From: an uncultured Helicobacter sp.
GTDB lineage: Bacteria > Campylobacterota > Campylobacteria > Campylobacterales > UBA6016
Reading direction: 5' to 3'
NCBI GenBank assembly: GCA_964630205.1
Contig: CAZVTM010000009.1
Coordinates: forward strand, 1 to 60,822
DNA: 60,822 nucleotides
In this document: positions 39,342 through 50,299 of the stretch, piece after piece
Numbering within the stretch: the first letter of the stretch is position 1
Layout: each line of letters opens with the position of its first letter
Program-made: the position numbers and the translations under genes
The notes under the pieces: model-generated
Databases searched by the model: none
What the model was told of the DNA's origin: nothing
What the model saw: only the letters and a program-made list of their open reading frames with translations

Positions 39342-40021
39342 CTCTCATCTCCGTTTTCAAGTTCTTCTAAAAATGTTTGTATCTCTTCGTGATTCGCAGT
39401 TCTGGTTAACGTTAGAACCCTTTTGAAGTATATCCTAGTCTCTTTTGGCAGAAGCTTTTTATTGGGATCAAGCAAAACATTTAAGTCATTCGTTCCGGCT
39501 TTGCGGATAACTCTTTTGAGCCTTTCATCGCCGCAGTTATATCCTACGGCCACCAAGCCCCAATTTTTAAATCTTTTATACATATAGTGGCAATAATCGG
39601 CGAAAGCTGCCGTGCATTTCTCGACATCTTTTCGCTCATCCACACCCTTTGTGACTTTTAGTCCAAAAGTTCTCGACGTACCCGGAACCATCTGCCATAT
39701 GCCGGCTGTTTTTGTCCTTTTGAGGGCTATTTTATTATTAAATTTTGTCTCGGTCATGGCTATCCAAATAAAGCTTTCCGGAATCCCTTTTTCCTCAAGA
39801 ACTCTTTTGGCAATCAGATAATTCGACTTGTTTGCAAGAATAGTTTTTTTTAAAAAAGCTTTTTGGTTTTTACCGCTCTCATCATCGCCGACCATTTTAT
39901 ACAAAACCCCGTTTTGCTCCGCGCCGCCTTCTATGTCAAAAGAGTTAGCCGCTGCATCCAAAGAACTATCGGCGTGAACAAACAACGAAAGAAAAATGAC
40001 TAAAAGGGCGATTTTTTTCAA
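39338..40021 (-). CDS. Lytic transglycosylase (MltD-like SLT domain)
   Basis: AMTETKF (catalytic Glu), AGIWQMVP, GYNCG, PKETRIY motifs. Confidence 0.82.
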   Translation of the reverse strand: MKKIALLVIFLSLFVHADSSLDAAANSFDIEGGAEQNGVLYKMVGDDESGKNQKAFLKKTILANKSNYLIAKRVLEEKGIPESFIWIAMTETKFNNKIALKRTKTAGIWQMVPGTSRTFGLKVTKGVDERKDVEKCTAAFADYCHYMYKRFKNWGLVAVGYNCGDERLKRVIRKAGTNDLNVLLDPNKKLLPKETRIYFKRVLTLTRTANHEEIQTFLEELENGDES

Positions 40022-40095
40022 ATATTATTTCCATATGTTTTTGAGTATTTTAGCTTAAATTTACTTGAAATTATGAGAGGCTAACGGGCTGTCGA

Positions 40096-41638
40096 CTACT
40101 TAAAAATCATCCCGCCAAGCTTCTTGATTTCGGCAATTAACTCTTTTTGTCTGGTGTAAATATATTCGAGTACCACCTCTTCGTTTTGCGGCTCCATTTT
40201 GACGGCCACTATGACGGTCATATATTCTTCGGCGTTTTTTACTACCGTTATTTGACCAAACAACACGACTTTTTCAACACCGTTTTCCGACTCTTTGCTT
40301 GGGAGCGAAAAGCTTAGCTTGACCTCTGTTCCGGCTATATCGCCGTTAATTTTATTTTTATATCTTATGGCTATCGCATGAATGGATATATCAAATATCT
40401 CGCCGGTAAAAGTAAATTTATTTGACGATACCGTAATTGGTATTCTAACATCGCACTGAACCCTAACGCTTTTTCTATTATTGGCGGAAAATTCCAAAAA
40501 TATAGGATTTCTAAGTATTGCATAAGGCTCAACTCCGTCCACATGCCGAACCTCTAACCGATAAATACGTCAGAGATAACACGGAAACGTCTATGAAAGG
40601 GACAATTTCTTTTTCATATTCAAATTGCCCAGACTGCGCAAACAGCTCTTCCGCCGCAGCCTTAATGGCGTCTTCATCTGATATTTGCGGCAAAATAACG
40701 ATATAGTCAAAATACCAAAATATAAGAGGATCTTTTTCAAAAAAGAAATTGCAAAATGAACTGAATTTCTTAAAATACGCATAGAAAAACTCGCTTCCAA
40801 AATCGCTCATTATCTTTGCCGCATTTTCAAGCTTGAGCGTCACCGCAAAAGTCTGATCTTCGTTGGCCTCCCTCTGAAGAAGCGTATTTTTGAGAAGCTC
40901 TATAAAATCCGTATGGCTCATATAGCCCGTCTGGGCATCGGGTTTTGATTTTGTTTTTACGCACGATATCAACTGCTCACCGTGCAACCGCCTGATGCCT
41001 ACCAGATAAGATTCGCCCGTCTGCATATCAACCAAAACGCTATCCTCGTCTTCGTCCGCAACGGTTATCAAAAATTTCAAAAGTTCGTTATCCGTATTTT
41101 CAATCTCATTTAGTTCAGAGAGGCTCTGTGTTCCGAACAGATTCATAAGACCGGGGCTTGCAAATACGATTTTTCCGGCTTTTTTTATACAAAACAGCAC
41201 GTCGCTATTTTCTATAAGCTTGGCGTAATTCTCTTGCTTTGATTTTTGTTTTTGTTTTGTGGATATGGATATTAAAAGCTCTTTAAATACTTCGGCCAAC
41301 TCTTTTGCATCCGTATTTCTGCTCAATATCCAGCTTATTTTTTTCGAAACCGCAAAACGCAGTATCTCGCCGTCGTCAAAATTATCGCAAAATACGACCG
41401 TCTCAATAGCGGACGATTTCGACAAAACAACCCCGATTGATTTTTGTGCTGCCTTTGAGAGCTCCAGTATCAGCAGATGGGCTTTTAGCGGTTCTTTGCT
41501 CAAAACCGCATCCGATAGACGCAATTTTTTTTATTTTGGGCATGACGACGAAAAAATATCGAACATTTTGGCGCTAAGTCCGTCTTCAACGATAAACAAG
41601 ACTGAAACATGGCCAAAATAGCGTCTAAAATGTTCCAT
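40096..41638 (-). pseudogene. Disrupted multidomain signalling protein (degenerate receiver-like N-terminus, C-terminal PilZ)
   Basis: ATG 41638 (MEHF...VLFIVED) hits TAA at 41531-41533 in frame with the 331-aa track ORF; frame change near 40550-40560 into the PilZ part (RKSVR, DISIHAI). Confidence 0.65.
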
Positions 41639-41687
41639 TCGTTATCGCTTTTTGTCGTTTTATTTTATTCTAGCATATCACTTTATC

Positions 41688-42458
41688 TTAAATACCAAAC
41701 AACCTTTTGGAATTTTCATTTGATATTTCCACCAGTCGCTCCTCGGGCACATCTAGCAATTCTGAGGCTTTTTTGACGACGAGGGGCATATATGACGGCT
41801 CGTTTCGCTTGCCCCTGTGAGGCATAGGGGTCAGATATGGCGCATCCGTCTCAAAAAGGAGCCTATCCATGGGGATTTTCGGCAACACTTCGACTAGCTT
41901 TTTGGCGTTTGAAAATGTCAGCACTCCGCCGACGCCAAAATAAAAACCTTCATTCGCCAATGAGAGTAGGTTGTGGTCTGCGTTGTAGCAGTGCAGCACA
42001 CCGCCCACCTCTGAAGCCCCCAGTTCTAAGAGCATTTTTTTGCTATCTTCGCTTGCGTCTCTAATATGCACGATTAGCGGTTTTTTGGCTTTTTTTGCCG
42101 CCTCTATCTGTGCGGTAAAAACGGTTGCTTGCAGCTTTTTCTCTACGATTTTTTCGTTTTCGTCTTCTGGGAGCCTGTAGTAGTCCAGTCCGCACTCGCC
42201 GACGGCTACACATTTTGGATGGAAAAGTAGCTCAAACGCTTTTTCGTCGAACTCTGCGGCGTGATACGGATGAATTCCTACTGCAAAGTAGGCGTTTTCG
42301 TATTGTTCGCTTATCTGCACCGCCCTAGCTAGGTCGGCAGCTCCCGCACCGGGGATAATAAATCTATCGACGCCGTGAGCTTTTGAGCGGGCTATCACCT
42401 CGTCTAAATCGTCAAAGTATCTAGCGTCGTCTAGGTGACAGTGAGTATCTATCAGCAT
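41688..42458 (-). CDS. tatD: TatD-family hydrolase
   Basis: DTHCH, GIHP, GECGLD, ETDAPY, RNEP motifs. Confidence 0.94.
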   Translation of the reverse strand: MLIDTHCHLDDARYFDDLDEVIARSKAHGVDRFIIPGAGAADLARAVQISEQYENAYFAVGIHPYHAAEFDEKAFELLFHPKCVAVGECGLDYYRLPEDENEKIVEKKLQATVFTAQIEAAKKAKKPLIVHIRDASEDSKKMLLELGASEVGGVLHCYNADHNLLSLANEGFYFGVGGVLTFSNAKKLVEVLPKIPMDRLLFETDAPYLTPMPHRGKRNEPSYMPLVVKKASELLDVPEERLVEISNENSKRLFGI

Positions 42459-43987
42459 CCCGCTCCTTCTTTTAGCATCTTTTTAGCGTACTCCATCGCC
42501 TCTTTGGTTATCTCACCGCTTGAGACCATTCTGGCTATCTCTGCCGCCCTCTCCTCATCTTTTAACCGCCTTACACGGCTCTCTATACCGTCTTTTGACA
42601 CGACAAAGTGATGCTTGGCGACGCTGGCAAGTTGCGGCTGGTGGGAGATGGCAAATATCTGATACTTTGCGGATAGTTCACGCAGCAGATACGCCACCCC
42701 GGCACTCTCCTCGCCGCTCAGGTTTGCATCCGCCTCGTCCAAAAACAGTATACCGCCATCGCCGTCACTGCTCTCGCACGCCATCAGTGCAAGTCTCAGC
42801 CTTCTATACTCCCCTGCACTTAAAGTAGAGAGCTTCGAGCTTGCAAGGGATAGCTCTATGCCATCCACCCCCATCGCCCACGGCTCTCTGCTTGCCAGCT
42901 CTATTTTCGGCTTTTGTATCAGCAATTTCTGAGCGAAAAACCCGAGTTTCTCGGCAAAGGCATTTAACGCCGCACGCCTAGCATCACTCATTTTTGAGGC
43001 TTTTGTATCAACGCTTTTTTGGAGCGTCTTGATGTCAAGCTGCAACGAAGCGATAAGCGAATCAAGTTCGTCAAGCTCTTTTAGCTCGCCTTTTTTGCTC
43101 TCAAAATACGCTATCGCCTCGTCTATCCCACCGTATCGTTTGTTGAGATACGATAGCTTTTCGAGCCTATCGAACACGCCGTCTATATCCACCCCATCAA
43201 GACGGGAGAGTCTAAAGTCCGCCTCCCCTGCGGCATCCTCCAACTCGGCAAAAAACAGCCTAGCGTTAGAATCGTCTTTTCCCACAAATTCAAAAAGCTC
43301 CAAAATAGTATTTTTCTGGTTTTTTACGCTCTCGATTTTTGAGAGCATCTGCCCTATTTTCTCTTTTTTTGATAGCTCTTTTTTAAGGGCAAGCAGCTCG
43401 TCTTCCTCTCCCTCTTTGGGGTCTATCTCGCTAAATTTTTTGAGTTCAAACTCCAAAAACTCTCTCTCTTCAGCCGCCTTTATGGACTTCTCCTCAAGCC
43501 GTGAGAGCTCTTTTTTCATGGCAAGTAGTTTTACAAATTCATCTTTGTATCCGCTTTTTAGTTCATCAAAAGCAGGGTCTTTGACAAAAGAGTCAAGTAG
43601 CCCAACTAGTCTCTCATCGCTAAAGTCGTTTCCCTCTTTTGAGGATAGATATAGCGAAAACTCGGCAGAGAGAGTGGATATATCTTTTTTTGAAGCGGAG
43701 TTGGCGTTTACAAAGTATCTGGCTTTGTCTTTTTTGAGGTAACGAAAAGTGTTCGGCTCTTCGTTGTCTATGCCCATTGTCTCGAGGGCCTGGAGACTCA
43801 TCGCTATGTCCGCCTCGGCGCTCACCGCCTTTGGCTCTTTGTACCCAAACACCGAGAGTACACCCTCCATCAACACCGACTTACCACTGCCGGAAGCCCC
43901 CGTAAATACGGTAAGCCCTTTTTCAAACTCCAGCTCTACCTCGGCGAAGCCGACAAGCTCTTTTGCGTAAAATCTAACCAGAGACAC
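42452..43987 (-). CDS. recN: DNA repair protein RecN
   Basis: TGASGSGKS Walker A, coiled coil, LSAGE, LDEADANLSG, ISHQPQLAS; downstream of NAD kinase. Confidence 0.9.
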   Translation of the reverse strand: MSLVRFYAKELVGFAEVELEFEKGLTVFTGASGSGKSVLMEGVLSVFGYKEPKAVSAEADIAMSLQALETMGIDNEEPNTFRYLKKDKARYFVNANSASKKDISTLSAEFSLYLSSKEGNDFSDERLVGLLDSFVKDPAFDELKSGYKDEFVKLLAMKKELSRLEEKSIKAAEEREFLEFELKKFSEIDPKEGEEDELLALKKELSKKEKIGQMLSKIESVKNQKNTILELFEFVGKDDSNARLFFAELEDAAGEADFRLSRLDGVDIDGVFDRLEKLSYLNKRYGGIDEAIAYFESKKGELKELDELDSLIASLQLDIKTLQKSVDTKASKMSDARRAALNAFAEKLGFFAQKLLIQKPKIELASREPWAMGVDGIELSLASSKLSTLSAGEYRRLRLALMACESSDGDGGILFLDEADANLSGEESAGVAYLLRELSAKYQIFAISHQPQLASVAKHHFVVSKDGIESRVRRLKDEERAAEIARMVSSGEITKEAMEYAKKMLKEGAGC

Positions 43988-44838
43988 TATCTATCCTGCC
44001 CCCATCTGAGCTTTTGTTTTAGCACGGTAAAAAAGCTATGCGATTTCGGCCAAAGTAGCACCACTTTTTCCTTACTTTGCAGTAGCTCCAAGCTCTCCAT
44101 ATACTCTACGGCAAAACTCTCTTGCCCGTCCATGATAGCTACCGCAGAGGAAGATGTAGGGGTCACCGTCAGATTGAGAAAAGTAGGCAGAACAAACGGC
44201 CTTTGCGTCAAGGAGTGCGGACAAATAGGTGTCATAATGAAGTTTTCACTGGTAGGGTACACGAGAGGGCCGCCACCAGAGAGATTGTAAGCAGTTGATC
44301 CCGTAGGAGTAGAGATGATCAGACCGTCGCCGTAATAGCTGTTCACTTCGTTACCCTCGGATGTTACCCCTATCTCTATCATTTTTGAAAATATATTTTT
44401 TGTCAATACGACATCATTGAATGCAAAATATCTTTTTTCTGATTTTGCTTTTTTGTGGACAACTTCCATCATGATACGTTGCTCTATCTCGTATTTACCG
44501 TCAAACAAATCGGCGATAAACTCTTTGTACTCATCCCTCGAAACGGCGGTCAAAAAGCCTAGGTTGCCTAGATTTATCCCGAAAATCGGTTTTTTGTACG
44601 GATGCGAACGTCTGGCAAGCCCTATCAGCGTACCATCTCCGCCTATCGATACGAGAATATCAGCTTTTTTGAACATTTCTTCCAAAGGCGTAGGCTTTTC
44701 GCTGACCGACTTTGCGGATACCGTATCTATGAGCACATCGGCCCCATAAGAGCATATCTCTTTTTTAAACTCGTAAAAAAACTCTTTTATACCCTCGGTC
44801 GAAGGGCGCAAAACCACGCCGACTGTTTTTATTCTCAA
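43987..44838 (-). CDS. ppnK: NAD(+) kinase
   Basis: GGDGT, GNLGFL, DGLIISTPTGSTAY motifs. Confidence 0.95.
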   Translation of the reverse strand: MRIKTVGVVLRPSTEGIKEFFYEFKKEICSYGADVLIDTVSAKSVSEKPTPLEEMFKKADILVSIGGDGTLIGLARRSHPYKKPIFGINLGNLGFLTAVSRDEYKEFIADLFDGKYEIEQRIMMEVVHKKAKSEKRYFAFNDVVLTKNIFSKMIEIGVTSEGNEVNSYYGDGLIISTPTGSTAYNLSGGGPLVYPTSENFIMTPICPHSLTQRPFVLPTFLNLTVTPTSSSAVAIMDGQESFAVEYMESLELLQSKEKVVLLWPKSHSFFTVLKQKLRWGQDR

Positions 44839-44841
44839 GAC

Positions 44842-45462
44842 CTAACTCCCAAGTTTTGGCAGGTGCCACTCTTTTATATAGGCAACCATTCTAAGCGTAA
44901 AAGACAAGACGAAAAGCGCAAAAATCGTATAAAGATTTAACATCCCGTTTTGCCCCAAAATATACATGCACACGCCTACCATAATCACGATTGTAGCGTA
45001 AAATTCGCTTTTTAGGATAGCCGGAACATCGTTAACTAGCATATCTCGGACCATTCCACCGCCAACAGCCGTAAGTAGCGAAAGCACCGCAACCCCAAAT
45101 CCGTTGAGCCCGGAGTCTATAGCGACGATGGAGCCCGCTATCGAAAATGCGGCAAGACCAAGCGTATCGCTTACGACAAATATTAGTTTTTGGTCAAGCT
45201 CAGTTTTTTTGTGCAATTTGAGTATCGTAGCTATAAAAATAGTAATAAGAACGATAAAACAAAGCGAAAAATTTTGCATAGAAACAGGTATTCGCCCGAC
45301 TATAACATCCCTGGCTATCCCGCCGCCAAGAGCTGTCAAAAAAGCCAACAAAGCTATCCCGAATATATCCAGCCTATGACGTACCCCGGCCAAAAAACCG
45401 CTAAGGGCAAAAGAGGCTATCCCTATGAAATCGGCCGCTTTTAATATATCAACAGTTCCCAT
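44842..45462 (-). CDS. Trimeric intracellular cation channel (UPF0126) family membrane protein
   Basis: Duplicated TAxGGGxxRD motif. Confidence 0.9.
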   Translation of the reverse strand: MGTVDILKAADFIGIASFALSGFLAGVRHRLDIFGIALLAFLTALGGGIARDVIVGRIPVSMQNFSLCFIVLITIFIATILKLHKKTELDQKLIFVVSDTLGLAAFSIAGSIVAIDSGLNGFGVAVLSLLTAVGGGMVRDMLVNDVPAILKSEFYATIVIMVGVCMYILGQNGMLNLYTIFALFVLSFTLRMVAYIKEWHLPKLGS

Positions 45463-45468
45463 TATCCG

Positions 45469-45993
45469 TTACAAATACTCATTTTTAAACGCTACATATC
45501 TCTTTGCATGTTCATATAGCCCTTTTACCTCGTCATCCGTTAGCTCTCTAACCACCTTTGCAGGGGAGCCCATTATCATAGAGCGAGGGGGGAATTTTTT
45601 GTTTGGGGTTACAAGCGAACCGGCCCCCACGATGGACTCTTTGCCTATCACGGCTCCGTCAAGTATCGTGCTAGACATACCAATAAGGCATCCGTCTTCG
45701 ATAGTACACCCGTGAAGTGTGACGCTATGTCCGATAGTCACATCGCTACCTATAATTGTCGGGAATCCGGTGGATTCGTCGTCGCCTTTGTAATGTGTCA
45801 CATGAACCATTGAACAGTCTTGGACGCTTGTCCTTTCACCTATCTCAATACGGTGCACATCGCCCCTGACAACTACGCCAAACCAGATAGAGCTGTCTTT
45901 ACCTATCGTGGTTCTGCCTATCACATCGGCCGACGGCGCTATAAAAACATTTTCACCGATTGACGGTTCATACTGCTTAAACCTCATAATCAT
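45469..45993 (-). CDS. Gamma carbonic anhydrase family protein
   Basis: Hexapeptide repeats, RGD, QD...H, GH...HG; start re-placed at ATG 45993. Confidence 0.9.
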   Translation of the reverse strand: MIMRFKQYEPSIGENVFIAPSADVIGRTTIGKDSSIWFGVVVRGDVHRIEIGERTSVQDCSMVHVTHYKGDDESTGFPTIIGSDVTIGHSVTLHGCTIEDGCLIGMSSTILDGAVIGKESIVGAGSLVTPNKKFPPRSMIMGSPAKVVRELTDDEVKGLYEHAKRYVAFKNEYL

Positions 45994-45994
45994 G

Positions 45995-48100
45995 TTAGCT
46001 CTCCTTGAGAAGTTTGCTTGCAAGGCGGTTTTCTTTTGAACTTTGCTCCTTGGCATACGACTCGTAAACGCCGGTCACATAGTCTTCCAGTATTTTTTGA
46101 CTATCAAGTCCGCCGTTTTGGCTCTCGACCCTTACATACTCGCCGTCAACGCCAAGCTCTCTTGCCTGCACATCGTCGCCTGCTTGAAGTTTCAGTATCT
46201 CAAGCAGTTTTTGCCCTATTTTCGCATCATATATCGGTATGAGTAGCTCAATTCTTTTTTCAAGGTTTCTAGTCATCCAATCGGCGCTAGAGAAGTATAG
46301 TTGCGGACTAGAGTTTTTGAAATAAAATATCCTCGCATGTTCCAGATATTTACCCACTATCGACGTCACCCTGATGTTGTCGCTCACGCCGGCAACACCT
46401 GGTCTTAGGCAACAGATACCCCTAATGATTAGCTCTATTTTTACCCCTGCCATAGAAGCTTTGTATAAAGCCCTAATAACATCGGCATCCACAAGGGCGT
46501 TCATTTTGGCTAGTATCTGCCCGTTCGCCCCTTGTGCCGTTTCATTCTCGATAAGGGAAAGTATTTTCTTTTTCATTTGCGTCGGTGCCATAGACAAAGC
46601 TGTAAGCTCGGAGTATTTGGCGGAGCCGGTCAAATGGTGGAAAAACTTGGTCGCATCCTCCGCCACATCTTTATTTGCCGTGAAAAAGCCGACATCTGTA
46701 TATATTCTGGCGGACTGCACGTTGTAATTTCCGGTAGATAGATGTATATATTGCTTTAGTCCATCTCTATGTTTTCGCACAACCGTTGCAATCTTCGCAT
46801 GCACTTTTAGCCCGGCTATTCCGTACACCACATGCGCCCCTGCTCTCTCAAGAGCTCTCGCCCAGTGCAGATTGTTTTCCTCGTCAAATCTTGCTTTCAG
46901 CTCCACAAGAGCCGTCACTTGTATGCCGCTCTCAGCCGCCTCTATCAGCGCTTTTACTAGCGGTGAGTTCTTTCCTACCCTATAAAGCGTCATCTTAATA
47001 GAGAGTACGCCGGGATCTTTTGAGGCGTCAACGATAAATTTCACCACCGGGTCAAAGCTCTCAAAAGGCTGATAAAATAAAATATCGTCTTTTTCTATCT
47101 GATCAAATATATTGCCGTTTAGGTCAAGCGGCGGAAGCACTTTTGGGGTATAAGGCTTATATGTCAGGTGTGCAAATCTTTTGGAACCGACTATCTGCCA
47201 CAAGGCGCTAAGATCAAGCGGGAGGGCTGAGACGTGAAATATATCGGCCTCATCTAGCTTGATATGCGAAGTTAGAAAGTTGTAAAGCTCTTTATCGTCG
47301 TTTTTCTCCAAAGTTAGCCTAACAAAATCTCCTTTTCTTCTTGCCCGAATCCCCTGCTCAAGAAGCTCCAAGAAATCCTCAGCCTCTTCTTCTTCTATTA
47401 TGAGATCGGCGTTTCTTGTCACTTTAAACGCTATACTTTCAACGCATTCATACCCGGAAAACAGGTTTTCGATATGTCGTCTTACAATAGATTCCACCCC
47501 TACGAATATTCCGCTCTCTATTTCTATAAATTTGCTAATAATCCTCGGTATTCTAACTAGTCCGAATTTGACTATGTTTCTGTCGTCTTTATCCACAAGC
47601 TTTACGGATAGCGCAAAACTAAGATTATTCAGATGCGGAAACGGATGAGTCGAGTCTATTGCTATAGGTATGATAACCGGATATAGGCTGCTAAAGAAAT
47701 ACGCATCGGCCTTCGCCTGTAGCTCTGGGCTCAAGTCTTGATATTTTTTTATATAGAGCCCCTCTTTTTTTAGCTCCTCGAGTATCCCCTCGTAACATTT
47801 TTTGACTCTAACTTTTTCGCCATGAAGATAACCTCTTATTTCGCCAAGCTGATCTATCGGGGTCATCTTGTCCGCACCGACGGCATTAATGCCCATCTTA
47901 TACATCTCTTGAAGGCCGGCAGCCCTAATCATATAAAACTCATCGAGATTTGTGCCGTAAATGGCTATAAACTTTAGCCTCTCAAGCAATGGATGCTTCG
48001 TGTTTTCCGCTTCCTCAAGCACTCTTGTATTAAACCTGAGCCACGATAACTCTCTATTGATATATAGATACGGGTCTTTTAAATTTATTTTGTTTTCCAT
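45995..48100 (-). CDS. ppk1: Polyphosphate kinase 1
   Basis: NRELSWLRFNTRVL, ELKARFDE, KVHAK, TGNYN, LEHARI, SADWMTRN motifs. Confidence 0.97.
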   Translation of the reverse strand: MENKINLKDPYLYINRELSWLRFNTRVLEEAENTKHPLLERLKFIAIYGTNLDEFYMIRAAGLQEMYKMGINAVGADKMTPIDQLGEIRGYLHGEKVRVKKCYEGILEELKKEGLYIKKYQDLSPELQAKADAYFFSSLYPVIIPIAIDSTHPFPHLNNLSFALSVKLVDKDDRNIVKFGLVRIPRIISKFIEIESGIFVGVESIVRRHIENLFSGYECVESIAFKVTRNADLIIEEEEAEDFLELLEQGIRARRKGDFVRLTLEKNDDKELYNFLTSHIKLDEADIFHVSALPLDLSALWQIVGSKRFAHLTYKPYTPKVLPPLDLNGNIFDQIEKDDILFYQPFESFDPVVKFIVDASKDPGVLSIKMTLYRVGKNSPLVKALIEAAESGIQVTALVELKARFDEENNLHWARALERAGAHVVYGIAGLKVHAKIATVVRKHRDGLKQYIHLSTGNYNVQSARIYTDVGFFTANKDVAEDATKFFHHLTGSAKYSELTALSMAPTQMKKKILSLIENETAQGANGQILAKMNALVDADVIRALYKASMAGVKIELIIRGICCLRPGVAGVSDNIRVTSIVGKYLEHARIFYFKNSSPQLYFSSADWMTRNLEKRIELLIPIYDAKIGQKLLEILKLQAGDDVQARELGVDGEYVRVESQNGGLDSQKILEDYVTGVYESYAKEQSSKENRLASKLLKES

Positions 48101-48226
48101 CTACATTTTCCGTTCGGTTTATTTGCTTCTCGCCTAGTAAGCTTCTATTATACAAAAACTTGATTACGGTTTTAAATCAATTTAAGTCTACCAGGAGTAC
48201 TATAGCCGCTTTTTTAAACAAAACTA

Positions 48227-49570
48227 TTGGCATTTGATGTGAACAGCGCAAAAGAGATTAGACTTATTATTTGGACGTTTTTGGCGATTATAGCCGCGGG
48301 CACGTTTTTACTTTCACTTCCCATATCTACCACAAAACCGATTTCACTTACGGACGCTATTTATACGGCTACTAGCGCAACATGCGTGACTGGGCTAATC
48401 GTCAAAGACACCCCTATAGATTTTACATATTTCGGCCAAGGAGTCATACTTTTGATGATTCAAATCGGCGGCCTCGGATATATGACTATAGCTACGTTTA
48501 TGGCGATAATGCTACGTCGCAAGCTATCCCATCGAGACCAAATGATTCTAAAAACATCACTCAACTACGATACTTTTTCAGGAGTAGTTAGATTTTTAAA
48601 AATAGTATTTAAAATGGTGTTGGCGATAGAATTGATAGGCGCACTCCTTTTGTCTATAAGATTTGCGCTCGATATGCCGCTTGATAAAGCCGTATGGTTT
48701 GGTCTTTTCCACTCGCTATCGTTTTTTAACAACGCCGGTTTTTCCCTTTTTTCCAACTCAATGATGGATTACAAATTCGACCCGGCTGTGAATTTGATTT
48801 CAACAACCCTAATTATCATAGGCGGAATAGGCTATTTCGTTATTTTGGAGCTTTACTATTTTAGGCAAAAAGAGCTAACCAGAATATCCACTCATACGAA
48901 ACTCACGTTATCTACAACCCTTATTTTGATAGTTACGGCTATGTTTTTATTTTTGAGTCTTGAATGGTTCAATGCAAAATCGATAGGCGGCTTTGATACG
49001 CTTGAAAAGTTAATAACAGGATATTTTTATGCAATCAACTTGCGAACCGCCGGAGCAAATTCTATTGACATAGGAACGCTAAGCGACTCAACCCTGTTTT
49101 TATCCACGATATTTATGGTAATAGGCGGCGGCGTAGGCGGTACCGCCGGCGGCATCAAAGTTACGACATTTGCCGTCATAGCCATAGCCACGTGGCACTC
49201 TATCAAAGGGCATTCCGATGCGTCCGTATTCAAAAGGACTATTCCGCACCAGACGGTTATGCAAGCTTTTACAATTTTGCTTGTAGGGACGTTTTATATC
49301 ATAGCGGCGACAATACTGATATCGGAAACACAAGATGTCCGCTTTATAAAAATTATCTTTGAGGTCGCCAGCGCATTCGGTACAGTCGGACTATCTACCG
49401 GCAACGGCGGCGTTTTAAGCCTGTCGGCAAATTTTAACGATTTTGGCAAACTTGTTATCGTCTTTATAATGCTAGCGGGGAGAATTGGATTTTTGGCGTT
49501 CACCCTCGCATTCATAGGCAAAATAGAGGAAAAAAGATACAAGCACGCCGAAGGCAGAATAATCTTATAA
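48227..49570 (+). CDS. ktrB: Ktr/Trk potassium uptake membrane subunit
   Basis: Four pore loops CVTG, NNAG, RTAG, GTVG; GGIK. Confidence 0.9.
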   Translation: MAFDVNSAKEIRLIIWTFLAIIAAGTFLLSLPISTTKPISLTDAIYTATSATCVTGLIVKDTPIDFTYFGQGVILLMIQIGGLGYMTIATFMAIMLRRKLSHRDQMILKTSLNYDTFSGVVRFLKIVFKMVLAIELIGALLLSIRFALDMPLDKAVWFGLFHSLSFFNNAGFSLFSNSMMDYKFDPAVNLISTTLIIIGGIGYFVILELYYFRQKELTRISTHTKLTLSTTLILIVTAMFLFLSLEWFNAKSIGGFDTLEKLITGYFYAINLRTAGANSIDIGTLSDSTLFLSTIFMVIGGGVGGTAGGIKVTTFAVIAIATWHSIKGHSDASVFKRTIPHQTVMQAFTILLVGTFYIIAATILISETQDVRFIKIIFEVASAFGTVGLSTGNGGVLSLSANFNDFGKLVIVFIMLAGRIGFLAFTLAFIGKIEEKRYKHAEGRIIL

Positions 49571-49580
49571 GAGGAAAATA

Positions 49581-50231
49581 ATGAAAACTTACGCCGTAAT
49601 AGGACTCGGAAGATTTGGATTTCATATCGCAAAAGGTCTTGCTGAACAAGGGCTGGACGTCATCGCAGCAGATAACGACCCTGAAAAAGTCAAGCAAGTC
49701 GGGGATTACGTAGAGGACGCCGTAGTGTTGGACTCTACCGATATAAAAGCTCTTGAGGACAGCGGGATATCAAAGGCGGATGTCGTCATAGTAAGCATAG
49801 GCGAAAATGTCGAAGCAAGCACGCTTACCGTTATGTCGCTTATAGATTTGGGGGTAAAGCAGGTAATAGCCAAAGCAATTTCGGTACTCCACGGCAAAAT
49901 CCTCACAAAACTCGGCGCATACAAGGTCATTCAGCCAGAAAGAGAGGCGGCACTAAAGCTTGTCAAAACAATAGCAGACCACATCCACTACGATACGATA
50001 GATTTATCCAATACGATGAGGATAGTCAAATTCAGCGTTCCAAAAATGTTTATCGGCAAAAGAATAGGCGATATAGAGTTTGAACAAAACCACGGTGTCA
50101 GACTTATAGCGCACAAATATAACGGTATTTGGCATACGGTAGTCGATGAGAATTTGATTATTCAAGAAAACGACATACTCGTAATTATAGGCAATGTGAC
50201 GGACATAGAAAAAATAAGCAAGACGCTTTAA
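49581..50231 (+). CDS. ktrA: Ktr/Trk potassium uptake regulatory subunit (RCK)
   Basis: VIGLGRFG, AKA, PE motifs; adjacent to ktrB. Confidence 0.9.
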   Translation: MKTYAVIGLGRFGFHIAKGLAEQGLDVIAADNDPEKVKQVGDYVEDAVVLDSTDIKALEDSGISKADVVIVSIGENVEASTLTVMSLIDLGVKQVIAKAISVLHGKILTKLGAYKVIQPEREAALKLVKTIADHIHYDTIDLSNTMRIVKFSVPKMFIGKRIGDIEFEQNHGVRLIAHKYNGIWHTVVDENLIIQENDILVIIGNVTDIEKISKTL

Positions 50232-50299
50232 ACAAAACTTAATTTGTTTTTTTATATTATTTGCGTCTTAAAAACCAAAAAATTTCAAGAGGTTCAAAA

